Of a stretch of 64,000 bases of DNA, positions 21,527-34,043 are shown piece after piece. Below the pieces are notes generated by a model. It made no database searches, had not been told where the DNA came from, and worked only from the letters and a program-made list of their open reading frames with translations. The DNA lies in assembly GCA_973895155.1 (NCBI GenBank), contig OZ316892.1, positions 16,110,357 to 16,174,356 of the forward strand, given 5' to 3'. The stretch comes from Marsupella aquatica (taxonomy: Eukaryota > Plantae > Marchantiophyta). Both the position numbers and the translations under genes were made by a program. Positions within the stretch are counted from its first letter, which is position 1, and each line of letters begins with the position of its first letter.

Positions 21527-21545
21527 ATCCCCGGCAGCGGCGCCA
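21527..21545 (-). promoter_or_regulatory. Primer binding site complementary to tRNA-Asp(GTC) 3' end (copy 2 at 43893-43911)
   Basis: Minus strand TGGCGCCGCTGCCGGGGAT, one mismatch to the Athila-type PBS TGGCGCCGTTGCCGGGGAT as I recall it. Confidence 0.9.
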
Positions 21546-21563
21546 AAAACAGGACCTCACCTA

Positions 21564-23509
21564 TGTCACCTGCTTATCAAACGACTAACACAACAAACAC
21601 CACATGGTTCCACTAAAAATCATTTGTATCGTATGACGGGGACGTGGAGGGACGCTATATGGATCAATTTCATACTAAGGATGAGTAGATTCGTTTCCGC
21701 TCCCGGAAATGTATTTTTTGATCAAGTCTACCGACTATACGTAATCTGCTTTTGATCAAGTCCCGTGGACTACCTTGCTTCTACTCCTCCTGGCCTTTGG
21801 CAAAGTGCTGTCACCACTCTCCCACTCACAGGGTCGACCAAGCCATGTAAGTTTCTCTAAATACTCATACTAGGGGAAGAACACAATCGTGCAACCAAGA
21901 GAGGGAACAACACACAAGAAGTCATGAAAATCCAACCGAATCAATATCTATTAGTGGCCAAGGTAACACATTGCATGGGCAACCCGGTCTCCTACCGTCT
22001 ACCCAACTCCTGCCTCACGGGACAATGCGCCTCTCCACCTCAATACTCCGGATCAATTCCCTACTCTTGTTGAAGGCTAATCCTCACAAAAACAACACTA
22101 GACTGAGTTCCCCCCTTGCTCCTACCGGGGGCTGCTAGTTAAATACCGAAAACAACAATGCGTGAACACACAAGCCCTAGGGTGTGGCGGTGACCACTGC
22201 CCTGGCTGGCCGCCATCCGCTGGCGGCGCCGCTAACCTAAAAGTTTTCTACACATGCGGCACACACATGCACCCCTAATCCTATTGCTACCTAAGTGAGG
22301 CCAACGGTGCCTTCGTCGGCCCTCACACCAACTAAACAAAACTAGACTAATATCCTATGTAGGCCATGGCCTACCTTCCTACTACGGGGCGGCCAACATC
22401 TCCCACTACTCTGGCCATGGGAATAGCTGAAAGTAGAAGTTACTCGAAATTTGGTCCTGAGAAATTTTGCGAGTAGCCACGGCCATCCTGATCGTAACCC
22501 CGAAAATGGCTCCCAAAACGGACATCAGACGCCCGAGATATGGCCTACCGAGTCTCAAATCCTACCACGGCCAACGTCACTTCCAAATCGTCCGTACGGT
22601 CCCGGCCCCCCATCACGACATCAAATTGAGGTACCCTGGCCATGGCCACATGCCCTGACTTGGCCGGGTCACCCTCCTGAAGTCCGTACGGACGTCCGTA
22701 CGGTGCCGAACCCTCATTTTTTCACAAAAATGCTCCGGTCTATATCTCTCTCATTTGAACTCCGTTTGAGGCGTGTCTTACATCATTAGATTCAGCTCGA
22801 CGAGCTCCTTCCAATAAGCCCATGAGTTCTTGATTTTGAGAAGATTGAAAATTTCGACTTTTGTGTGGCCAAGGTCCGTACGGCTCCCGTACTAACTGTC
22901 ATCTAATTGCTTGCTTGTAGTAAGATCCTCATCTATGGATTGGCCACTAGAACCCACACTGTCCTCCTGGTCGGGGTCTCATTGGGCTTGCCCTCCGGTG
23001 GCCAGGGCCTCTCCCCTCAGGCCGCCTTACTGTTGGCCAACACCCTCCTTGGCCGGCTTGCTGCCTTGCAGGGCCTGCCACCCAGGTCGGCTTCTTCCTC
23101 CCTGGCCGGCTTGTTGTTTGGCCGGCACTCTATTGGTTGGCCGACACCCAAAAGTGATGCTTGGCCACTCTCGCCTTTCGACCCGGCCCCCATTACGTTA
23201 ATACTGGGGCCGCTTAAAAATAAAAAGATAGGAATCCCCTAACGCCTACATGGAAGGGCATTAGGGTACATGCCTTGTCTTGCCCCGGCCAGTGGCCAAC
23301 CCCCCCTTATCCTGAGGCTTGGCCGACAACTAAAATTAAGAGGACATAAAAACCATCAACACTCACCTCATCTTATTGTACGTAAACTATCTTTGGCGAG
23401 GTTGTAAGAGAACAAAAGCAAAAAAAACTTGACACAAATCTATTTATTTACATGTGTGCGTCACTACTACCCTTTAAAATCATTCCTTGGGACCATTGGC
23501 CCCGTCACA
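21564..23509 (-). repeat. 5' LTR of Gypsy copy 1
   Basis: Direct repeat of 13038-14984, adjacent to the PBS. Confidence 0.97.
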
Positions 23510-24156
23510 TAACATGTCACTTAACGGAAGGCAAGTCCTAGATTAGGACTTATATGGTCATTAGGACCGTAGCCGTAGCGTAAAGTAGTACAAATAGCCA
23601 TCTTTGCCATTATGAATAGATTAGGAGTAGGTTAGTTACAAATTAAGGGAAGGAAATTATTACAATCGGCCAAGGTACGATGGCGGCGGCAAAGTAAAAA
23701 TCCGTTAATAGATCATGCTTGGACCGAGACACCCAGCTTTGAGCCATTATCAACGACTAAAACGGCCTCGCCTTCTCACGCTTGAGCTCACCCTGGCACC
23801 TCCATAAGAGCTGAGTTGATGGCGCTGCGGCCCATTTTCTCATTCATACCTTTCGGAATTCACGGACGCTGCCACTCACTCTCGCATGTTGCTCGGGTCG
23901 AGCTAACTTTTACGAGGAAATTATCGAAGGTCAAGAGCGGATTGTGGTGAGATTTTGTTAGGGCGAGGAAGACCTCCACCAACAAGCAAAATTGCCAGGC
24001 GGGGACGCGGACTCGACAAACCAAACTACAAAGGTTAGTATGACCCTTACAGCTTTGGGATTTTGGAACTTGTTTGGTGAGGTAGGTGCTAAGTTCTCCG
24101 AGACTTACTCGTACTCTTGCCCCGAGAGAGCCACCTACAAATGAAGATACGCAAAG

Positions 24157-24726
24157 TTGGTGGCCAAGGTAGCGCAGGTTAACTGTGAGAAGACAGCCAT
24201 CACTAGGGATTCCAGCTACAATGAGCTACGAGACTACATCACCGAGCTGTATCTGAGCGAGGAGGGACTTAGATCGATAGCAGAGGCGATTCTTGAAGTC
24301 CCCGCAAAGTTCTTTAGGCTGAAGGGCAGCCAGAGGCTGACTCAAGCGGAGTTCGACAAGATCTCGGGTTACATCGACCAGCAGATTGCAGCCGAGAAGC
24401 GCAAAGAAGACATCAGCAGACAACAGGAAGCGGCGCGTAATCTCACGTTTCTCGGGGAAAGCTCCAACACCTTTGACTGGGATATGGCTACTCCAACGGC
24501 ACCCCCGACCACTCGGCCTACGACTACCGGCGTACCGCCAAACCAAACCCGGGTCCCTCCAATGAACACCACCGAGTGCTCTTCAGGTTCCGATGGACGA
24601 GTTAGTCCGCAGCTCGAGCAGCGTTCTCGGAAGCGGTGTCGTCGGGAAAAATGTTTGACAACTGAAGTGGAGTGTCCTGGATCTAGTCAACTTGCTTGTC
24701 CGAGTCAGAATGTAGTAGTACTCTGA
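24157..24726 (+). CDS. Hypothetical 189-aa ORF inside the long LTR (copy at 46523-47092)
   Basis: Open frame with a helical, charged N-half and a Thr/Pro-rich C-half; no recognisable domain and no ATG at its start. Confidence 0.35.
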   Translation: MVAKVAQVNCEKTAITRDSSYNELRDYITELYLSEEGLRSIAEAILEVPAKFFRLKGSQRLTQAEFDKISGYIDQQIAAEKRKEDISRQQEAARNLTFLGESSNTFDWDMATPTAPPTTRPTTTGVPPNQTRVPPMNTTECSSGSDGRVSPQLEQRSRKRCRREKCLTTEVECPGSSQLACPSQNVVVL

Positions 24727-27592
24727 TTGTGAAGGAAAGGAAAAAAAGAGAAACTGAACTTGAGTTAAAGGTTAGTGAGACAAAAGAGGAATAAAGAGTG
24801 GAGAATGAAGCTTAGACTAAAAGTAAATAGGGCAATTATTGTGGTTGAGACACGTGGCATCCCGTGAGCACGTCTCATAAGGGTCAGTTTGAAGTGGAGC
24901 GCGTGACGAGGAACGGGAGGAAGGAGAAACGGCCAAAGGAATAAGGGGCAGTTAGAGGGATTCTTGGGTAAAAAATGGAGGTGAAGAGGTTGAATTGGAT
25001 GAACTGAAAAGAGGGTTAAACAGAGAGAGGAAAAAGGACGCGTGAGTTTTCTAGGCAAAAGGTGATTGCTGGCGCATTGTGGCGATGTTACGGAGCTTTT
25101 GATTTTCCATGGAAGAGAGCTATTATTGATTGTGTGGAGCTTCCGGGTAGAGGACACGCACAGCCATTGTGGTTTGGTGCTTGAAGTTGTTGCCGGTGCA
25201 GGTGATTCGGCATCCAGTGGAGTGGGAAGAAGAAGTGGAGATGGCAGGGTGATTGGCGGATAGCGTTGCGGGTAGTTATGGAGATTCAGAAAAGACACAT
25301 AGGAGAACTTGGCGATGGTGAATAGGGAGGAAGGGTGGAAATCGATGAACGAAAGAGGGTGTATGTGTTTGCGCAAAGGAAGAGAGAAAGAGGAATGAAC
25401 TGAGGGGAGTGACGAGCGCAAGTTGGTGAGAAGAAGGGAAGGAATTTGAAAGAAGAAAAGGAACATCAGGATCGAAGAGGATGGAAGTAATTTGATGTCG
25501 AGAGAAAGGACGCTAGGGAGAGCTCGTAAGGAAAGAGAGGGAATTTAACAGCCGAGGACAGGGATTTTGGAGGTGAAAGTTTTCAAGGGAAGGTGTGCGC
25601 GCGTGATCAGAGTCGAGAGCGCTATGCAGGTTCGAGGGGAGAGGATTGAATGATAGCCGATTGTGAGCAGATTGTGTGTGGCTGTTGATCTCGTCTTCGG
25701 ATGAACAGAGCGATGTGGTCCCAGGTGACATGAAATGGAGAGGATTCATAGGTTGAGATCAGAGAGTGAAGGAATGGAGTCGAAAAATAGGAGCTTTTGA
25801 TAGGAGTTCAGAGAAAGAAGTGGAAATCAATGGAGAGAGAAGAGAGTGTGTGTGTGCGATCTGCTTCGGAGCTTTCAAGTGAATGAGACGACTTCAGGGG
25901 AAAAGAATGGTGTGACAGGGATGAGTAATTTCTTCGGGAATTCAAAAGTGAGAAAATGGAGGACGGTGTGTTAAGCTTATTTGGGATTTTTCGGGAAGAA
26001 AAAAGAGGAGAAGGGAAAAGCTGCCGATCATTGAAGAGAACTGGAGAAAGTTTCTTTTTTTGAAGAAGCGCAGACCGATAACGATACGGTGGTGAAAGGA
26101 ATTTTGGGAGAATGTCACTGGGAAGTGGAGATCGGCTGATGGGAGCAAATGTGAAGGAAAGCGAATGGATTGAGGTGAATGCGTGGAAGCTTTCCAGTGA
26201 AAGAAGTACAGGCAAATGAAGGACGAATGGCTAATATGAATGTAAGGTGGCAGTGAAAGATCAAAGTTCGTGGTGGGAAGGTTTCTTTCGAAGAGGAGAA
26301 CCGAGGGAAAGAGAATGTGTATCAAAAACAGGAATATGGTGAATGAGGTTATTTGTGAAGTAAATAGGAGTAACAGTACAGAGGAGATATTCGGGCTACT
26401 AAAAGAAGAGCGATGAAGTTGAATGAAAATTGAGATCAAGATAAACGAAAACAAGCAAATAACCAGCCTGGAGAATTGAGACTAAGGACAAAAGTGGAGA
26501 CGATGAACAGACAAGGGAGGATGAAGGTGTTTGCAAGGCAGAGAACGAAAGCTGTTTTGTTCGATCTCATTCAAATCACGGTTTAAAGCTGCAGAATGAC
26601 CTTTCTTAAATGTAAAAAGGAAAGCAATAAGAAGCGGAGGAAGATGGCGTCCAGAATCTCATGGATGATAGAATCGTAAAGGAAAGGTTAATCAGTGGTT
26701 CGAAGAAAATGATCGCTGTAACAAAATGATTAGTTTGAAGATGTTTTCCCCCCCAGAAGATCTGATGAGAAAAGAGCTTTATACAGAAAAGTAATGAAGT
26801 ACTAAACAGGAGCTTCAAAAGAAGACAAGAGCCGCAGTGTTATGAGGAGAGTGAGCGCTTGGACGAGGGAAAGTAAAAATTTAACTTGAAGAAGTAGATT
26901 GGTGATAGAGGAAGCTATATAAATTGAAGTATTTAGCTAAACTAGGGAAAGAGAGGGAAAGACGGTAGAATGGCTGCAGGGAGGAATTTTTTTATGTTGT
27001 CGGATTGGAAAGACTTGGAGACTAGACGAGTAGAAAAGAGATGTGAAGAGCAAAAAGAGCAGGGAAGGAAGGCCGAGAAAGAAGAGGCAAAACGACGATT
27101 GAAGTTATGTAAAGAATGCCTTGGAGTAACGATTGATGACTAGATAGGGGAACGTGGAAAATTCTGATTGAACCTGACCTTGAGACCTGAACTGAGCTGA
27201 GTCGTGGCCCATATGAGGAAGAGCTGACAAGAATGACTTTGTAGACTTCAAAGATGTTGTAATTTAAGTCTTTCATAGAATGAATAGGATCGAGCTGAAG
27301 GAGCGGAGAAGAGCGGTGAGAGCGGTGAGAGCTTGAGCATCTCACATTTGCGTTCCGGGTTACACAAGTTTAAGATTTTTGGTAAATACGTCGTCGGTCT
27401 CATTGGATCCAGGAGCGTCAGAGCTCTTTCTCGACACCTTTTGCGCTGTGATAGATTGCATTCAGACTAACTTCTGAGCATTTGAGGTAGGACGATGCTG
27501 TAGCGGAGTCTCTGGTCTTGGTAGTCTCAACACAGACATTCGTTACGGTCCTTGGATCCTTTGCGCTCACTATTCTGAAGCAACATTGAACT

Positions 27593-30050
27593 ATGGATTA
27601 CAATTGGCGCACTGGAATGGATACTCGTGCATATGCCGGTCGAGGGCCTGGTAGACTCGGTGCTGCTTCGTCTGGAAGAGGATTTGGCAGGAATCGGTAT
27701 GGCACTTCTTGGAGGAATGATGGCTCACCCTTGTCTGAGGGGGGTAATACACGTGATGGAGATGAAATCAGGAGGGGTATAGGAGGAAATGTGCCCAGCA
27801 GATTCTCTATGCAGGATGCGCGCGGAGGACCGAAGAATGCACCCTACGACCTTTTTGACAACTCGGCAAAGCATGACCGAAGACCACCAGCTTAACAGCC
27901 TCCAAGGATTTCTCGATTCATTCCTAGAAATGGTCCTTCGTGGGCTGATCAAATGGATGCAGATTTTCAAGAAGCTGTTGTCGTTGAGGAGAGACCTCTT
28001 GCTTCCCCGTCGGGTGCGTCGATTCATTCCTAGAAATGGTCCTTCGTGGGCTGATCAAATGGATGCAGATTTTCAAGAAGTTGTTGTCGTTGAGGAGAGA
28101 CCTCTTGCTTCCCCGCCGGGTGCGGATGCTGCTCCTCACTTGGGACCTCACCCTGTCTCTGGAGATCGCCGGAACAACCCTATGCAGCCTGAATCTTCAC
28201 GTGAGCGCTGGGGTGAACGTAGAGATCCTGATCTTGGAATATTGAGGAATTACAGGGGATTGGAAAACAATGCTGAACCTACTTCCAGCCGTCAGCAGGC
28301 TCACTGGAACACGTTTGCTCCCATCCATGAACACGACAACTTTTCTGGGGAAAATTCAGAAGCATGTTTGGATATTCTGAAGACAATCTTGAACAATTCC
28401 AGGAAAGATTGGCCGAATAAGCTCCACACTACTTTCAAGTGGTCATTCGATGAGGCGGCCCTTTAAGTTTCGGAGCTCTACAATTGCACCATGATGTGCT
28501 ACTTCACTGACCGCACTCCTCTGCTTCCAGTCTTTCGTGATTGGGTTGAAGGCATCTTCATCAGCGACATGGGTTGGCCGGTTTCGCAGATTAAATTTGT
28601 GGGCAAGAATTTTTACATGATTTTGTTTGTTCACCCGGAACACAGAGATGTAGCTTTAGAGCTGGCCCCATTTTTCATGGATCGGAAATTTGTCCACACT
28701 TTCCCGTGGGAGCCTTCTTTTGATGTGCGAAGTGAAACTTACACCAAATTACCTGTCTGGATTGAGATCCCTTTCCGTGCTCTGGTTCTTGAAGGTTGTC
28801 GGAAAAGAATCGCGGAATCCCTTGGGAAACTCCTTTATTATATCCAGGGAGACGTTCGAAGCTCTTTTCCTTGTGATCGTGCATGTATACTTTGGGATAC
28901 GTGTCGCGAGATCCCTCAAAGTGTTGGAATCAAGATCATCGATGATATCACTATCTGGCAGCCAGTCACGTTCAAGAACATTCCCTACCACTGTTTTAGA
29001 TGTAATGAACGGGGCCATTTAGCCAGACAGTGCAAAGCCTTTGAAACAGAGGAGATTAAAAACGACGAACCTGAACCAGATAGGACACAAAATGAGGCGG
29101 ACGAGAAGTATGCTTCTGACAGGGTGGCTCCTCGGTCCTCTGACTCTATTCACGTTGAGTCTGGGGGGGTCCCTTTGGGTCCCTCTCCTCGGGCACCGGA
29201 AGAGGTCCTTGCAACAGCTGGTGCTGGCGCGGCTAGGGGATCTTCGACTGCTAGCCCTCCAGGGGTTGTTCCTCTTGATCCTACAGTTGAGAGAAATACC
29301 CTTAACATTGGTAATATCATTGCCCTTTCTAGAGGGGGTAGTGTTATTAGCCCCAGGTCACCTTTGAATCAAAATCAGACTTTGTCCCCGGCTACTGTTT
29401 TGATTGATAAAGTGCGTTCTCCCAGTATTGGCACCCCGGTGGGGATTGAAGAATCTTCTCCTTCTACCACCATCCTTCCGACTCCCCTGGCTGATCATTC
29501 CACTGAAAATCGTCCTCCGCTTCTTAGAGACAATGCTCTCTTTGAAGATCATAGTTCACAGGATGCATGTTATCCCTGGCGCAGTGGATTGGCCTGCTAT
29601 AGAGAGAATATCTGATTCGCAGGCTTTGAGGAAGCATGGAGCAGCAGAAATCAACAAGCAGGACTCCCTAGTTGCTGTACCGAGTCCTTCCTCTCTTGCA
29701 GTGGAGCCAACTTCAAACACAGATTACATGGATATTCAACCTGCCACTGATGTCGAGGAGGCTTCTCTGCGGGGTGGATCTGATATAGAGATGTCAAAAT
29801 ATGAGGAATATATTTCTAAGAGCCAGTTAAAGAAGGAGCGAGCAAGAAAACTAGAACTTCGAACTCCACCTACCGACCAGAAGAAGAAGGACAAAAAGGG
29901 TGACAACAAGAAGGGATGCTCTCTCCATTACCCTGCTCGAGAACCTCCTGCTCCGGACTCTTTAATTCGGACGCCTCGGCTGCTAACTCCAATTCGGTCG
30001 TCCCGACTTCCCTGGGGCGCCGTGCCAAATAAGTGCTTCGAGAATCTGTT
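27593..30050 (+). pseudogene. L1 ORF1 (DUF4283-like RRM + CCHC knuckle), disrupted; end approximate
   Basis: GKNFYMILF...PWEPSFD...LPVWIEIP...CFRCNERGHLARQC; stops at 27893 and 28464, a 106-bp duplication and a frameshift at ~29580. Confidence 0.85.
27913..28124. repeat. 106-bp tandem duplication within L1 ORF1 (also 50280-50491)
   Basis: tcgattcattcctagaaatgg...gggtgcg at 27913 and 28019, two mismatches. Confidence 0.95.
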
Positions 30051-30159
30051 TTGGGCTTTCCTCAGGATCTGCTTATCTGCTGATCTGCATTTTCTGTTGG
30101 GATGGCCTCTCTCGTTTCTTGATTCTTACGAGAGTTGGAAGAACATTTTGAAAACTAAA

Positions 30160-33100
30160 ATGGATAATGAATTGTATATAGCTTCATGGAATGTCTGTGG
30201 TCTGTGCGAATCGAACAGGAAACATGTGGTGAAAAATTGGATTATTTCGCTCAAGACCACATTGACTGCCTTAGCTTTACAAGAGGTTAAAGCTGATAGT
30301 TTTAGACTAGGTCTAGCGCTTCAGTTGATTCTACCTTCCTATCAATATTTATCTGCTGAGCCAGATGACGGACGCGGGGGTACTTCGTTACTTATTCACC
30401 CCTCTCTTTCTATCACTCAATCTGGAGTAGTAGACAAAGGCCGTGCTGTGTGGGTGCGTGTTTCTCACCCTTTGGGAAACTTTGGTCTAGTAAGTGTGTA
30501 TGCACCTAATCTCCCTCGAGACCGTGCTCTACTGTGGCATGAACTCAAAATATCCCTTCCTCACGACAACTGGATTATCTGTGGGGATTTCAATATGACT
30601 GAAAGCATAAATGATTCGTCTGGTTCATCGCCACTGATCAGAGGAAGGGAGGCAGAATTTTGGAGGTTTTTTAAAATGAGACTTGATTTGGAGGATGCTA
30701 TTGGTGTTACTCGGAGCTTTCGTGGCGCAAACTTCACTTGGCGACGGAAAATTAATGGGTCTGTGGTGCAGTCTAGACTTGACCAATTTTACCTTAGTGG
30801 AAAAAGCTGGTGGACAGATTCGGTTGTAGAACTTTGTCACAAAGGAGGATCTGCACTTTCGGATCACGATCCTATCGTTCTTCACTTCCGTCTTTCTAAT
30901 GTGGAGTCGGGAACGACCTCACACAAATCCTCCTATTTCAAGGCCAATGTGGGGCTGCTCAGAGTTGAAGGCTGTTTGGAAAAACTTTGCGGTGCATGGG
31001 AGGTGCAAGAAGATCGGGTGGTGGATCCTCACCTTTGTTTTTATCTGGCTAGTTTGAGGCTGCGGGAAAAATACAAGGAATTACAATCCGCACCACTTGC
31101 CCGAGAGGTGGAAATCTCTCTCTTGAGGAATCGTCTGTGAACACTTAAGGTAGCCCTTATTAGTTCACTGTCTGAATCAGACATCGCTGATTTTGCTACT
31201 GTGGACGATCAGGTAAGAATAGCTGAACATGAAGAGGCACAAATGGGCAGGAGACTCTCACGGATCAAATGGCTGGGGCACGGAGACGAACCATCTAAGT
31301 TCTACTTTGCTACGGTCAAGGCTAAAAGACTCAGAGAAAACATGTCTATGCTACTTCTTGATAATGGCGACATACTAACTCAAGAGGATAGTATTCTGAA
31401 AGAAGTAGAAAAACAATATTGTGCTCTTTACGAGGCGCCGGAGGATTTGGCTTTTAGTACTTCGTTTGAAGTCAGAGAAGCTAGACGCAAACTCTTTGCT
31501 AACACTGGTAAGTCGCTTACGGCAACTGGAATCCCCCCCATCGATGGAGGAGATTCGTTCTACTCTTTGGTTACTTCCGGCTGACAAAGCACCGGGACCT
31601 GATGGTATCACTACCGAAGTGTACAGATCCTGTTGGCACTTTATGAAAGAAGACATTTATGAGATGATTCTGGATTTCTGGAGAACAGGAAAATTTTCGG
31701 CTAACATGAAGGAAGGTGTGATCAAATTGATCCCGAAGAAACCCGATAAAAGATGTTTGAAGGACTGGCGCCCTCTTACTATGCTCAATACCATCTACAA
31801 GGTTGTGGCTAAGATCTTGGCTTTATGCCTTAAACCACTTCTACACAAGCTTATTAGTCCTCAGCAAACCGGATTCATTCCGGGCAGGCACACTTTAGAA
31901 AACATCTCGGTTGCCTGGCTGACTGTCGACTGGATACGAGTTAACAAGAAAAGCTCTCTTTTTCTTATGTTGGACTTTGAGAAGGCCTTCGACAGAGTCT
32001 GCCACTCCTACATCTGGGAAGCTATGCATTTGCTTGGACTCGGTAGTCACTACATTAGTTTAGTGAGATCCTTACTCACTGGCGCGGGCTCCAGGGTTCA
32101 TTTGAATGGCATGTTCTCGAAGGAAATCCAGTTGCCCGTTATCTCCTCTTTTATTTGCGATTGCTACTCAACCTCTCATGGACTATCTGGATCAGGAGAT
32201 TCTGCATGGACGACTGAGAGGTATTCAAATCTCTGAGGCCCTCATGATCTGTTATAGATTATTTGCAGATGATCTTGGATTGTTCATTCCTGCATCTGAA
32301 GAAGATTTCAATAAGGTCACGGAAGCAATTGCTTGTTACGAACTTGCATCTGGTGCTCGGCTCAACTTACGTAAGTCTATTGTCATTCCACTTGCATTGG
32401 AGGAGATTCCGGAATGGCTGGTTAACACTAGTTGCAAGATCAGCGGGAAAGGGGGAATTCAGAGATACCTTGGTGCGCCTATGGGATGGGACCTTTCTTC
32501 CTCGCAACTCCACACCTTCTGTCTTGACAAGATTAGTTCTCGACTTTCTGCTTGGGCCACCCGTTTTCTTTCTTTCACAGGACGCACTATTCTTGTTAAG
32601 CATGTATTGCAAGCTATTCCTATCTATCATATGATGTTCCTCAGAAGCTCCAACTCTTTGGCTAAGACTTTGGTGGCTCTCTGCCGTGACTTCCTTTGGG
32701 GATATAATGAGAATGGTGGACGGAAAATTCCCCTGGTAGCGTGGAAGACGATGGCACGGCCTAAGGTGGACGGTGGCCTTGGGTTTAAGGACTTTCGCAG
32801 TCACTCTGACGCTTTACTCTGTCAATGGTTCACCCGTGCTCTGGATTTCCAAGTCTCTGAATGGGCTAGGCTTTTTGGGGAAAATTTGAGATTGGCAAAA
32901 TGGAGGAATGCTAAGCGCATCAGGAGAAATAGATACTCTCTCTCTGATCGACTATTGCTCTGTTACCCTCGTTCTTTTGGCTGTCTCTTTTACACGGGTA
33001 GTTTGTGGAAGGCTTGGGAGTCTCTTTGGCTGCACCTTATACTCTCACCGGGCGTTTCTGGCGTGGCATGCTGGTGGAGCGTGGAGGATGTTGTGAGATG

Positions 33101-34043
33101 CCTGGAAGGTTTTCAGCACCTACAGGATGACATGATTTGCTCCATTATCAAGATGTGCGGGAGGATTGGAGTAAGGACGATGTCGGATTTAAATGGTTCT
33201 CATGACTCAGTTGTTCGAACCTTTTCTACTAAAATTGCAAGAATACGTGGTGCTGACTCTGCAACGAGAGAGCTTTGTTTAGCATTCGTGGACAAAATCA
33301 AAGGTACTGTGGATTGCTTTGGAGATCTCCAAGCTCGTGCCGCCCAATGGTGTTGGTCTGACAAACGTGAACGGCTGAAGAGCTTCACCCTGTCCAATGC
33401 ACGTATGTATCAGCTGATTCGACCCAAAGGCTCTGATTCTCTCAGGCTCAATGGGATTTGGAGCATTTCTTTTTCTGACCTCGAATGGAACAATTTCTGG
33501 AATGCTCTATGGTCATCTGATTTACCGTTAAAAGGCCGCTTATTCCTTTGGAGATTAGCTGCTCAAGGGTTATTCACTGGAACACGAGCTAGAAAGATTG
33601 GTAAAGGAGATGGAAGTTGCCTACTGTGCACCAATGTTCTTGAAACAATTCCTCATCTTTTCTTCACATGTCCCTTCGCTAAGAGGTGCTGGCAGCTAGC
33701 TGGGTGGATTTTTCCGGGAGCCACTTCTTGGAGACATTTGAATTTATTCTCTGTCTTGGAAGTCACTGGATGCACCAAAATTGAGAGAACCATTCGGGTC
33801 TTTGTGGTTTACCACGTGCTGTGGACTCTCTGGCTGGCACGGAATGAGCAGCTTTTTAATCGTGTCAACAGTAGAAGGTTTAATCTGAATCTACTCCTTT
33901 CAGATATGTTAGACTCCTTGCATGGCCTCTGTGAAGCCTTGGGTCCCAGTAGAAAACATACTAGATTACTGCGAGTCAAAGAATTAGTCCGTCAGGAACG
34001 TCTTAGGTGGGTTACTCGTCCAGACGCATGGCTTTTTAGTTGA
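30160..34043 (+). pseudogene. L1 ORF2 (EN-RT-zf-RVT), disrupted
   Basis: ASWNV, LQE, GDFN, SRLD, SDHDPI; KAPGPDG, WRPL, LDFEKAFDRV, LFADD, RYLG; CLLC..ETIPHLFFTC. Stop at 31138, frameshifts at ~31520 and ~32130 (the RGxRQG motif is missing). Confidence 0.95.

Larger units (their letters stand above)
13038..23509 (-). mobile_element. Full-length decayed Ty3/Gypsy retrotransposon, Athila-like (copy 1)
   Basis: Two ~1.95-kb LTRs (TGT...ACA), TSD taacg/taaca, gag-PR-RT-RH-IN order, FIDD RT motif, tRNA-Asp PBS, PPT, no chromodomain or env. Confidence 0.95.

Noticed and set aside
21527-21545. tRNA gene
   Set aside because: Only the 19-nt 3' end including CCA is present, next to an LTR; it is a PBS.
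24765-27345. Minus-strand Ser/Leu/Phe/Pro-rich ORFs (and copies at 47131-49711)
   Set aside because: By-product of purine/pyrimidine strand skew that depletes stop codons; low complexity with no motifs.
29404-30159. N-terminal extension on the 578-aa endonuclease ORF
   Set aside because: Frameshifted ORF1 tail reading through the inter-ORF region; the real ORF2 most likely starts at MDNELYIASWN (30160).
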